Below are positions 10,328 through 20,813 of a DNA stretch of 64,000 nucleotides, in pieces (position 1 is the first letter of the stretch; each line of letters begins with the position of its first letter). Source of the DNA: an uncultured Chlamydiae bacterium (GTDB lineage Bacteria; Chlamydiota; Chlamydiia; Chlamydiales; JAJFMA01). The DNA lies in assembly GCA_963713615.1 (NCBI GenBank), contig CAVQMM010000001.1:2240001-2304000 (forward strand), given 5' to 3'. Under the pieces are notes generated by a model that saw only the letters and a program-made list of their open reading frames with translations, was not told the origin of the DNA and made no database searches. Both the position numbers and the translations under genes were made by a program.

Positions 10328-11059
10328 GTGAATTTTATTCTTTACCCAGCGGTGATTGTGCAAGCCTACCTTTCATGGATCCTAGCGGCTACCTTTCTCC
10401 TATTTCCCAGCCAATGCCTCAGGGCAGAGCTCTCCGCTAACGCAGGAACCGGGGTCTTAATTGTTGCGTACAATACAGGTCGTAACGCGGAGAGGTTGGA
10501 GCGGGTGCGCTTTCGTCTTATTAACGAACAGAAAGAACAAACAATTTACCCACGAGCCAGCACTTTCTATGAAAACGCTGGCCGGCACACGCGCCGCGTC
10601 ACCATTCCAAACCTCCCAACAGGAAAATATGTCCTCGAATTCATTGTACCCAACAGCGATGGCCTCTTCGCCGAGATTTATCCTCGTCCAATCCTCATTG
10701 TAAAAAACGAAATCGTTAAGGTCGACCAGACGTTAAAGCCACGTTACGCAAGAGTAAAAGCAACGGCTTTTTTATCCGAGAACTATATAGGTCCAGGTCC
10801 CACTTTACGTCTATGCAACCATCGTGGCGGTGTCTTGGCAACGGCACAAGGCGAGTTAGTTACCAACAATCTACTTCCGGGGCAATACACACTCATTTTT
10901 GACCCTTTACCCAACTACCTAACCCCAGATCCAATACACTTCGAGGTGAAGCCAGGGGCCGTCTTGGGTCCTTTTGAGAGACATTATAAGCTTAAGACGG
11001 AAGCCCCTGCTGCCGTGGAAGAAACTCCCCATCGCCTTGAAAAATCCAAAGAAACATAG
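10328..11059 (+). CDS. Hypothetical exported beta-rich protein
   Basis: Hydrophobic N-terminus; two similar Ig-like-looking motifs (NLPTGKYVLEF / NLLPGQYTLIF). Confidence 0.65.
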   Translation: MNFILYPAVIVQAYLSWILAATFLLFPSQCLRAELSANAGTGVLIVAYNTGRNAERLERVRFRLINEQKEQTIYPRASTFYENAGRHTRRVTIPNLPTGKYVLEFIVPNSDGLFAEIYPRPILIVKNEIVKVDQTLKPRYARVKATAFLSENYIGPGPTLRLCNHRGGVLATAQGELVTNNLLPGQYTLIFDPLPNYLTPDPIHFEVKPGAVLGPFERHYKLKTEAPAAVEETPHRLEKSKET

Positions 11060-11200
11060 ATGTTATAGATACCGCTAAAATGGACTTTAACAATCTAATA
11101 TTTAATGAGATGCAGAAGCCGTTTTCTAGTTGGGTTGATGCGTATGTAGGAGTCTCAACAATTGCCTATCATGCAATCGCCCTGCTTTAGTCGATTCTTG

Positions 11201-11257
11201 GGCCTTGTTCACCTTTGCGGTCGGAATTTCGCTCGGACGAAAAAGGTGAACAAGGCC
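11201..11257. repeat. Internally deleted copy of MITE-like element G
   Basis: GGCCTTGTTCACCTTT...AAAGGTGAACAAGGCC termini match 15902-16061 and 30741-30900. Confidence 0.8.
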
Positions 11258-11335
11258 CATTTTTGAGATGTCATTTTTTTAAGTATTTGCTATTGAGGGA
11301 TAAGATTAATCTGCCACAACAGATGAGAATTATTC

Positions 11336-12001
11336 ATGCATTGGCTGTTACAGTGCCTTCTCCCCATGATGTTGCTATCCCTGGTTGGCTGTAATCTAGT
11401 GCATCGTATGAATTGGGCTGTCGAAGGCAGCATCGATGCCATCGAGCGCAATAGAGAAGCTGTCGATATGTCAACATATGCTATTGCACAAAACCGCGAA
11501 ATTGTCCTGCTTGGCAACTCAACGATTCATAGCAACTCAGCCATTGTAGACAATAGCAGCGAGACCATTGCCCACAATAGCGATATCGTTGCGGCATCCT
11601 CACGAGCCATCGCTGACAATTCCACTATCATCCATAGCACCAATCAGGCCATAGCTACCAATCGAGACCTCATCGCTGAAGCATCAGAGGTTGTTCGGGC
11701 TAATGGAGAAGCTGTACGTGCAGCCTCGGCCGCCGTCCAAGAGAACTTAGCTGCTGTTAAAACCAGTACAGAGGCCATTCAGGCCAATGCCAAAGCAATC
11801 GCTGACTCTACGCAATTGATCGCAGCCTTGAAACCATCCCCTACAGGCCTGGCCATCGATGGTATCGTCTTGCTAGCCATCTTAACAGCACCTCTACTAG
11901 CTGCCGTGATCTTGCTGCGTCGAATGGACCGCCATATGACCTCGCTGGTAGCAACACAAACGCCTCCTAAACCCCAAAGCCACATAGGGAAGGAGCAATA
12001 A
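11336..12001 (+). CDS. Lipoprotein with 14-residue-repeat coiled coil and C-terminal TM helix
   Basis: Lipobox LVGC; nine (I/V)xxN 14-mers; TM GLAIDGIVLLAILTAPLLAAVILL followed by RR. Confidence 0.75.
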   Translation: MHWLLQCLLPMMLLSLVGCNLVHRMNWAVEGSIDAIERNREAVDMSTYAIAQNREIVLLGNSTIHSNSAIVDNSSETIAHNSDIVAASSRAIADNSTIIHSTNQAIATNRDLIAEASEVVRANGEAVRAASAAVQENLAAVKTSTEAIQANAKAIADSTQLIAALKPSPTGLAIDGIVLLAILTAPLLAAVILLRRMDRHMTSLVATQTPPKPQSHIGKEQ

Positions 12002-12010
12002 CTTTTACCT

Positions 12011-14071
12011 ATGTCAAAACGTCAGGACACCAAAAAACCCCTTGTTCTAGACCGCTCAATCTTTCAGCGAACTTCGCTCATACCTATCCTCGCGCTCGTG
12101 GGACTGGGTTCCGATGGTTTGTCCTCCTCGTGCTATGGTCCGGAAGAGGCCTATGTTGCCTTGGGCAACTATCCACATCTCATTATTTTTGTGGCTCTTA
12201 TATCTGTTCTTACTATCTGGGCACTCTGCACAAGCTACGGTCAGATCATTGAGCTATTCCCTCGCGGCGGGGGTGGTTACCTTGTGGCCAGCAAGCTCCT
12301 ATCCCCCCATGCTGGCCTGATCTCAGGTTGCGCCCTCCTGGTCGACTATGTCCTCACGGTAACCATTTCTGTGGCGGCGGGCATTGATGCGTTATTCAGT
12401 CTCGCCCCGGCCTACCTTTCTTTCAGCCTTGAGGTAAAGGTTCTGGCCATCCTTGCACTAACACTTGTGAATCTTAAGGGCGTCAAAGAATCGGTTTTTC
12501 CTTGGATACCTGTTTTTGCACTTTTTTGTGTTACGCACCTGTTTGCGTTTGCCTGGAGCGCATTCAACCATCACGACGCCATTGTCAGGGTCGCTCAAAA
12601 CACAATGACTGAAGCGAACGAAGCGATCTCTTCAATCGGCTTTGCAGGTTTTCTGATGATTATCATGCGCTCATTTACGATGGGTGCCGGTACATTCACA
12701 GGGATTGAAGCCGTTAGTAACGGGATGAGCATCATCCGCGAACCCAAGATCAAAAATGCCAAAAAAACCATGATCTACATCGCGGCATCGCTATCCATCG
12801 CCGTCCTCGGCCTCGTCGTATCCTTCCTACTCTATGACGTCCGACCACAGCCTGGCCAAACGATTAATGCTGTTCTTCTTGGAGCCGTAGGAGATGAAAT
12901 TGGTGGAAGCCTTGGTAGAAACTTTCAGGCCATAGCTCTATTTTCTGAGACAGCCCTCCTGTTTGTTGCGGCGGAAACCGGCTTTTTGGGTGGCCCTCAA
13001 GTGCTTAGTAACATGTCTTTAGATCGTTGGTTCCCTCATAAGTTTGCCTCTCTTAGCGACCGCTTTGTCATGCGTCGTGGCATCCTGCTGATGGGCATCG
13101 CCGCGAGCATTGTCATGCTTTACACCTCAGGCTCGGTTACCGTCCTGGTAATCCTGTATAGTCTTGCAGTATTTATTACCTTTACACTCTCGCAGTTAGG
13201 GATGGTTTTACACTGGTGGAAAGAGCGACATGAGCAACCCCATTGGTTCAAGAAGTTTTTGATCAATGGCTTCGGAGCTCTGGTGGCGGCGGGGATTCTG
13301 ACCTCAATCATCGTCATTAAGTTCGTCGAAGGAGCCTGGCTGACACTAGTGTGTGTGGCTGTCCTGGTGTTATTCGCCATGGGGATCAAGAAATATTATA
13401 CCACTTTCTTGTCTGGCTTGGCCAAAATCCATCGCATCATCCCAGCCTGCCCTCCTCATCTCGTAAAACTCACCCCATCGGTTCCGCACCACACTGCCGT
13501 CATGATGGTCGGCGGTATCGGAGGATTGGCACAACATTGCATTGCTAATGTGCTCTATTTTTTTGGACCCGCTTTTGATAATTTTGTTTTCCTACATGTA
13601 GGTCTGCTCGACGCTGGAAGCTATAAAGGAGAGGCGGAAATCGATGCCCTGCAACGTTTTGCCGATAGAGAATCTAACAAGCTGGTAAAACTGATGCGCG
13701 ATAAGGGTTATAGCGCTGAATCGATGGTGTCACTAGGAATAGATATCACTGATGAAATCGAAAAGCTTGCCAAACAGGCAATTCAAAAATATCCTGCTTG
13801 CGTATTTCTAGGAGGGCAACTCGTCCTCCCAAAAGATACGATTTTGTCCCGCTGGCTGCATAACCAAACTCTATATGCCATTCAAAGACGTCTATATGCC
13901 TTGCAATATCCCTGCGTCACAGTACCTATCTATTTCAAGCATCGCGATGAAAAAATGATCAGCTTGAACCCTCTCAAGCACAATCTCAATATCATGCCCG
14001 CACAACGCTATCCAAAATACACCGCGTACAAATTCAAGTTCCCTGAAGATAAGTCCACAAGAGATGGTTGA
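12011..14071 (+). CDS. APC-superfamily transporter, YdaO/KimA-like
   Basis: SDGLSSSCYGPEE, FPRGGGGY, LLVDYVLTV, TGIEAVSNG; many TMs plus a soluble C-terminal domain. Confidence 0.8.
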   Translation: MSKRQDTKKPLVLDRSIFQRTSLIPILALVGLGSDGLSSSCYGPEEAYVALGNYPHLIIFVALISVLTIWALCTSYGQIIELFPRGGGGYLVASKLLSPHAGLISGCALLVDYVLTVTISVAAGIDALFSLAPAYLSFSLEVKVLAILALTLVNLKGVKESVFPWIPVFALFCVTHLFAFAWSAFNHHDAIVRVAQNTMTEANEAISSIGFAGFLMIIMRSFTMGAGTFTGIEAVSNGMSIIREPKIKNAKKTMIYIAASLSIAVLGLVVSFLLYDVRPQPGQTINAVLLGAVGDEIGGSLGRNFQAIALFSETALLFVAAETGFLGGPQVLSNMSLDRWFPHKFASLSDRFVMRRGILLMGIAASIVMLYTSGSVTVLVILYSLAVFITFTLSQLGMVLHWWKERHEQPHWFKKFLINGFGALVAAGILTSIIVIKFVEGAWLTLVCVAVLVLFAMGIKKYYTTFLSGLAKIHRIIPACPPHLVKLTPSVPHHTAVMMVGGIGGLAQHCIANVLYFFGPAFDNFVFLHVGLLDAGSYKGEAEIDALQRFADRESNKLVKLMRDKGYSAESMVSLGIDITDEIEKLAKQAIQKYPACVFLGGQLVLPKDTILSRWLHNQTLYAIQRRLYALQYPCVTVPIYFKHRDEKMISLNPLKHNLNIMPAQRYPKYTAYKFKFPEDKSTRDG

Positions 14072-14238
14072 AGCTGATGAGTCCATGACTACCAGGGCGT
14101 GTAAACAACGATCTTTCAGTCCTAATAGAAAAGTCTTGCTAATAAATAACGCAATCTGTTATCATCGTTGAAAGAAATATACCGCATTACATTAAAACAA
14201 AATAACCTTTCTTTAACTATCTCTTAGGAGTATTTACC

Positions 14239-15450
14239 ATGTTTGACGCGTTACGTAGATTTTCTTCTTATGCAAGTTCTTGGACAGCAACAACTATAGA
14301 ACAAAACAATGTAGAAACTGTAGAACAAAAAGCTGTAGAGGCAACATTAACCTTGCCTGATTCGTTGTCTAATTTAGATTTTAGACCTGTAGTTACTAGA
14401 TTAAAACAAGTACCCAACATCCCCTTCTCGAATAGGCAAAAAATTGCTTGGTATAAATTTACATGTGATGATTTTCGGATACAACCAGCTAGCGATTATA
14501 AGGACAGAACTTTGGACAATAAAATCGCCATAAAAATAAATGAAAACGGCATCATAAATTCAGTCTCTATAGTCGAAAAAGAAGTCTACGAGATTCCAGA
14601 TTGGGCAGTTTCAAATATTTTGGAATTACGTCAACATATCGATAACGAGCTCTTAACATCTAAAATCACTCAAACTAAAAACAACACAATACCTGCAAAC
14701 AATAACAATGACAATAATGTAAGCACAAAATTAAATACATTCAAAAAAGAAAATACTGATTTATTGAATCCTCAGATACAGCATATCGATGAAAAGCTGA
14801 AAAGTTTAACACTTAAAGTTATTACAGAAAAAAATAGCACAACATCTGTAAGAAACAACAATAATAATGTAGATACAAAATTAAAGACTGCCAAAGAAGA
14901 AAATGCTGAAATATCGAATTCTCAGATACCGATTCAAATGAGATTGTCGAGGCCCATCGCGCCAGAGACAGTTATCGAGATGCGGAATAATTCGAACTCC
15001 TCAGAGTCGGCACCAGCTACGATGGATACCAAGTTGCAAATGATTCGGATTGCAAGTAGCAGTCTAGAAGGGGTCGAAAATCCCAGCCAAACTCAACTTG
15101 AATGCTTATTCAATGCACAGCTAGAGATCCTCAAAAATCCAATCAATTTAAATAGAGATCTACCTGAAAGTATCATTTCTGTAGGCTTAAACGATAAGCC
15201 TTTGTTTAAAATATTAATTGAAGTCTGGGGAAAAAAACAGATAATCGTGGGTGGGAGAGGCTTAAGAGGAGCTGATATCATTCATCTGGTGCGTGAGACC
15301 AATTTGCTTGATCTAGTACACTTCACTGATTATAAGCCTTGTGGTTCATTCCCTATAGAACTAATATCCTATGAACAGATTGAACTGGATGACGAAATTC
15401 CGAAAAAATTTGATGGAATTAGACTATTCATGGCAGTAAGTGAGAGTTAA
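14239..15450 (+). CDS. AT-rich hypothetical protein with an Asn-rich internal duplication
   Basis: 403-aa ORF with AGGAG RBS; NNNNDNNVSTKLNTFKKEN / NNNNNVDTKLKTAKEEN repeats. Confidence 0.7.
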   Translation: MFDALRRFSSYASSWTATTIEQNNVETVEQKAVEATLTLPDSLSNLDFRPVVTRLKQVPNIPFSNRQKIAWYKFTCDDFRIQPASDYKDRTLDNKIAIKINENGIINSVSIVEKEVYEIPDWAVSNILELRQHIDNELLTSKITQTKNNTIPANNNNDNNVSTKLNTFKKENTDLLNPQIQHIDEKLKSLTLKVITEKNSTTSVRNNNNNVDTKLKTAKEENAEISNSQIPIQMRLSRPIAPETVIEMRNNSNSSESAPATMDTKLQMIRIASSSLEGVENPSQTQLECLFNAQLEILKNPINLNRDLPESIISVGLNDKPLFKILIEVWGKKQIIVGGRGLRGADIIHLVRETNLLDLVHFTDYKPCGSFPIELISYEQIELDDEIPKKFDGIRLFMAVSES

Positions 15451-15483
15451 AGCCGGTTGGGCTATCCAGCCTCGCTTTTTGTG

Positions 15484-15860
15484 GTTCTTGGGAAGAATTG
15501 GGGCAGCTTTTTGCTTCCACAAACCATCGAATAGATGTGCTACGCTTTGGAATCACAATCGTCACTCGACGCGAAGCGCTTTGGTAACTCAAAAGGTTGG
15601 CTAGGCGCAATTTCCTATGTGGCGCAGTCATTCCATGACCGCGAGGACGGTTGAAACAGATTCCGTTTGCATCACCTGGGACGTTTGTTTTGCACGTCTC
15701 CACAGTTGTAACGGTTTCCGCAGTCATGGAATGACTGCACCACATAGGAAGCTTTGTTACTTTCGGATATTGGCAACGCAGTCGGTTGGAGCTCCAAAGC
15801 GCTGCGCGCCGAGTGACGATTGTGATTCCAAAGCGCCCCCAATTCTTCCCAAGAACCCTT
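15484..15860. repeat. Nested palindromic cluster: GGTTCTTGGGAAGAATTGGGG arms > F-variant > TTCCTATGTGGCGCAGTCA element
   Basis: Three concentric inverted-repeat pairs; an outer-arm relative is at ~46400 and an inner-arm relative at ~57288. Confidence 0.8.
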
Positions 15861-15901
15861 TTTGTTTGGTTCCATCAACTAATTGAAGTCTCGTGCTACA
15901 T

Positions 15902-16061
15902 GGCCTTGTTCACCTTTACGGTCAGAATTTCGGTCGGACGAAAAAGGTCGGATGTCGTGGTTTGTGACGAGGGCATAGCGCCAGCTATGTCCGAGGAGCA
16001 AAACGCGACAGACGATCCTTTTGCAGTCGACCGAAAACTGACCGCAAAGGTGAATAAGGCC
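15902..16061. mobile_element. 160-bp MITE-like element G
   Basis: ~24-bp imperfect TIRs; near-identical copy at 30741-30900. Confidence 0.85.
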
Positions 16062-16725
16062 CTTAAGTGGTATGGCATTATCCAGTCTGGAAAGACAGGC
16101 TTTTCTCCCTTCCCAGGCCCGAAGGGTCGATATTGCAACAGGCCATGGCATCGCCATGGTATATGCCAGGAAGGGATTTCGCAGTCTGAAGGACTGCTAC
16201 AAGACGCCAGTTTACAAACACCATTTATGCATGCGCTTTATGGCAGCCCTACAGGCTGCTAAAACCGTTTTGGCATATACCATGGCGATGCCACATAGGC
16301 CTCAACCTAAGCCTAACAATCGTATCTCGGCGCGCAGCGCTTTGGAGTGCGGTCGCTTGCGACCGCTTTGGGTTCCTTGCGACGGTCGTGTGCAACGGCA
16401 TCACTATAATTCCCTAAGGGTAAAATAGTTAGTACATGCAGCCTTCGACGAATCCATACAATGCCGTTTAGCATTGCCGTCCCAAGGAACGAAAAGCGGT
16501 CGCAAGCGACCGCACTCCAAAGCGCTGCGCGCCGAGATACGATTGTGAAGTCCTAAGTCATTGAGATATAAGCTCAAAAGACCTGTTAGGTTGAGGCCTA
16601 TGTGGCGATGCCATGGCCTGTTGCAATATCGACCCTTCGGGCCTGGGAAGGGAATGACTCTCTCTTCACCGGCATCCGATTTTCAGGAAATTGACTTCGG
16701 AGAATCGGACTTCTGCAATTACCTC
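16062..16725 (-). repeat. Truncated element A carrying nested modules B, C, E and an F-type core (the empty equivalent of the IS66 site)
   Basis: Reverse-complement match to the 473-bp array unit and to 37550-37795 / 40090-40400. Confidence 0.9.
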
Positions 16726-16753
16726 ATGCTTGTCCAGTCAGTCTCCTAGCGCC

Positions 16754-17143
16754 TCACGAGTCTTCTTTTTCGGCCTTAGCGGCTTCCTGCTCGGTTGCAG
16801 GGAGTACCTCAGAGATAGCACCTTTTAAGAACTCGATCTTGTTGCCATCCACCATTTTGACGATGATGGTATGTTCTTGCACCTTAGCCACCGTTCCGAC
16901 GATGCCCATGGCTGTAACACGATCGCCTTTCTTCATCGTATCGCGCTTCTGATCCATTTCCTTACGACGCTTTTGCTCTGGCCGCCACAAGATGAAATAA
17001 AAGAATACAAGAGCAATACCCACCATCGCCAGTGTCTGCCACAACCCTTGGTCACGAGGCGGAATGCTTTCCACTGAATCCGCAAATACGCCAGAAGTCA
17101 CAAAGCAAAACAGAAAAGTCAATAGCCCACCAAGTCGTTGCAT
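16754..17143 (-). CDS. yajC: Preprotein translocase subunit YajC
   Basis: FFYFILWRPEQKRRK...KKGDRVTAMGIVGTV; downstream of tgt. Confidence 0.92.
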   Translation of the reverse strand: MQRLGGLLTFLFCFVTSGVFADSVESIPPRDQGLWQTLAMVGIALVFFYFILWRPEQKRRKEMDQKRDTMKKGDRVTAMGIVGTVAKVQEHTIIVKMVDGNKIEFLKGAISEVLPATEQEAAKAEKEDS

Positions 17144-17162
17144 GATCACTTGTTCCTTGTTT

Positions 17163-17230
17163 GGGCCTTGTGCACCTTTGCGGTCAGTGTTCGTCCGACC
17201 GAAATTCTGGCCGCAAAGGTGCACAAGACC
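17163..17230. repeat. Short element-G derivative between tgt and yajC
   Basis: GGGCCTTGTGCACCTTTGCGG...CCGCAAAGGTGCACAAGACCC hairpin. Confidence 0.75.
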
Positions 17231-17239
17231 CTTGTTTTC

Positions 17240-18352
<1,113 letters not shown>

Positions 18353-19816
18353 TTAATCAGCGCTCCTCTTGCGTAGTAGGGCAATATTTTCTAGATGGAT
18401 CGTATGAGGAAATTGGTCCACCGGCTGAAGAGCCAGCAACTCATACCCACCTTGGATTAGTTGTCTAATATCAGCAGCTTGTGAATTCGGATTACACGAA
18501 ACGTACAACACCTGTTCAGGCTGCAGCGACAACAGCAGCTTGATGGTTTTGTCTCCTAGCCCAACGCGGGGGGGGTCAACGATGACCAATCCGGGTTTCT
18601 TCTCTACGCCCTCTTGTGCAAACTGTGTTAAAATTGTCGCGACATCACCATGAAAAAACTCCGCATTGGCGATGCCATTCTGAACTGCATTGCTACGAGC
18701 ATCCAATACAGCTTCATGAGAGAGTTCGATGCCAATCACCTTGCTAACATACGGCGCAGCGGCCAGCCCTAAGGTGCCAGTACCGCAGTAAAGATCGTAC
18801 ACCACCATATCCAAGGAGAGCTTAGCTAGTTGCATCGCTCGCGAATAAAGCTTCTCAGCCTGCTTAGTATTGGGTTGAAAAAAGGCCGATGGACTCACCT
18901 TACACACCAGAGGCTCAGGACGATTGGAGTATAAATGCAAGTGCTCTAAAATGTGGTCAGGACCTCCCAAATGCATCTCGTAAAAACTTGTGCGCATGCC
19001 CTTAGCGGCCTGGTGGATACGCATAAATAGCGCTAGCCTCGCATCGGGCTGCTTGGGGGATATGGCCTCAACCATGGCATTCTTCCAAGCATCTATCTGC
19101 TGCCGGTTTAGGGCGTACTCAGGATTACCGGATACCGTCAGCATGGCCAAACGATCACCCGTATATATGCCTTCTCGCAGGGTTAATGTGCGCAGGCTAC
19201 CCTTGTCCTTTGAGGCATGGTAGGCCTCCAAACCCGATCCCTGCCACCAAACCCTGGTCGCTGATAAAGCTTCTATGTACCAATCAGAAACTAAGTGACA
19301 CTCATTCAAATTGATCACACGGCGGTTTCCACCAATCATCATCAAACCAAGAAACTGTTCTCCGGCGAGATTGGAGGAAAAAGAAAATTCCATCTTATTA
19401 CGGTACTGCCAAGGCGAATCACAGCTAACCATGGGATGCACCACGGTATCGTCGGTGATTAGGCCCTCGAAAGTAGCATGTACCGTGCGTTCCTTAATCT
19501 TAAGCTGCTCAGAATAGGATAGATGCTGCCATCGACACCCCCCGCAAACACCAAAATGCGCACAACGGGGCTCTATGCGATCAGCAGATGGATTGACCAA
19601 GGCAGTCATCCGCGCCTGATACCGCCCTTTCCGCTTTTTAAACACACTGGCCTCTGCAAGGTCTCCCGGCATAGTAAAAGGAACCTCTACAAGAAGCTCG
19701 TGTCCCTGATCAGTTATGCCATTGCCTAACCCAAAGCCATCTTTGGTATAGTCTGTTATTGATGCCTCGACGACGCGGGGCGGCTTGCGTGTTGCCATGA
19801 TCACCCTCTCCAACAA
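18353..19816 (-). CDS. rlmD: 23S rRNA m5U methyltransferase (RlmD/RumA family)
   Basis: CAHFGVCGGC, FFQPN, DLYCGTGTLG, VDPPR, YVSCNP, VDQFPHT; start may be the ATG at 19798. Confidence 0.92.
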   Translation of the reverse strand: MLERVIMATRKPPRVVEASITDYTKDGFGLGNGITDQGHELLVEVPFTMPGDLAEASVFKKRKGRYQARMTALVNPSADRIEPRCAHFGVCGGCRWQHLSYSEQLKIKERTVHATFEGLITDDTVVHPMVSCDSPWQYRNKMEFSFSSNLAGEQFLGLMMIGGNRRVINLNECHLVSDWYIEALSATRVWWQGSGLEAYHASKDKGSLRTLTLREGIYTGDRLAMLTVSGNPEYALNRQQIDAWKNAMVEAISPKQPDARLALFMRIHQAAKGMRTSFYEMHLGGPDHILEHLHLYSNRPEPLVCKVSPSAFFQPNTKQAEKLYSRAMQLAKLSLDMVVYDLYCGTGTLGLAAAPYVSKVIGIELSHEAVLDARSNAVQNGIANAEFFHGDVATILTQFAQEGVEKKPGLVIVDPPRVGLGDKTIKLLLSLQPEQVLYVSCNPNSQAADIRQLIQGGYELLALQPVDQFPHTIHLENIALLRKRSAD

Positions 19817-19852
19817 AGGCTAGGAGAGTAACGTATCTGACGATATTTGTAA

Positions 19853-19878
19853 TAAAAAAAGGGAGGCCGAGGCCTCCC
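19853..19878 (-). terminator. Rho-independent terminator of hctA
   Basis: GGGAGGCC-TC-GGCCTCCC hairpin followed by a T-run on the minus strand. Confidence 0.8.
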
Positions 19879-19906
19879 TAACTTTTGTCCCTATAAGGGT
19901 CGAGCT

Positions 19907-20314
19907 CTAGAAATGTGCTCTTCGCTTTACAGGTAGCTTAGCAGTTGGACGCTTTACCGCCAAAGGACGGGGACGTGCAGCTGTTTTTGCTTTTGCCTTT
20001 GGCTTTGCTTTAGCAGGAGCTGCTTTGGCTTTTGGGTGACTCTTCACAACTGCTTTTGTAGCACTTGCTTTTGAAGCACCAGCTTTGGTAACAACTTTCT
20101 TCTTACCGGCAGCAGGCTTGCGTGTGCTTTTTGCCTTACCTTTCTCAGTGACGATGGACTCTTTACGGTATCGCTTCGCAATTTTCTCCAGAGATACGGT
20201 GCCTGTGCGTACGCGTTGAGAAGCAGCTTTATTACCGCCTACAGCTTTTTCTAAATCTGACTGAATCTGGGTCAGTAGATTTCTCATCTCATTGACAGTT
20301 TGTGTTAACGCCAT
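19907..20314 (-). CDS. hctA: Chlamydial histone H1-like protein Hc1
   Basis: MAL...DLEKAVGGNKAASQRVRTGTVSLEKIAKRYRKESI followed by a K/A-rich tail. Confidence 0.92.
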   Translation of the reverse strand: MALTQTVNEMRNLLTQIQSDLEKAVGGNKAASQRVRTGTVSLEKIAKRYRKESIVTEKGKAKSTRKPAAGKKKVVTKAGASKASATKAVVKSHPKAKAAPAKAKPKAKAKTAARPRPLAVKRPTAKLPVKRRAHF

Positions 20315-20813
20315 GTCGGGAACTCCTCCAAGTTAGAGTATTCGTGACGGTTTCAGGAATATTTACTTCCGCCATATTTGTGCAAATGTTTTCTTTCGGG
20401 CCCGCACCTTTTTCATCTCATCGGATCGTCCAAGGCGCTACCTAAAAACCCGAAATCCTCCCAAATCCCCACAACGACCTTATTATAAAAGAAGCCATAA
20501 TACCTCACAATATAAAATATCACTCCACAAGCATAAATGAGAAAACTGACCAAGCTGGGAGCTAGTTGTCGACTACTAAAATGTGCCTCAGTATAACATG
20601 AAGCATGCAGCAAAAAATGCCATTTTAGTTCTATTGTAAACGTGTTCTATGCCTCGCCAAGACACCCCAAAAAGGTCGCTATAAAGCTTGTTTTTTAACC
20701 CCTTTTTTTTTCCGAATACGACCTCTTTACTTTTCGCACCTTCCGACATATGATGCACCGTAATGTCGGTAAAGAAACAGTAATTCAATATAACGCCGAG
20801 CCAAATCACTCAG

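Noticed and set aside
15428..16749. Short ORFs in repeat mosaics (also 2939-3696, 30497-30933, 46181-46426, 57271-57739)
   Set aside because: They overlap palindromic non-coding elements and have no protein-like features.
17144..17224. N-terminal extension of YajC
   Set aside because: It is translated element-G hairpin sequence.
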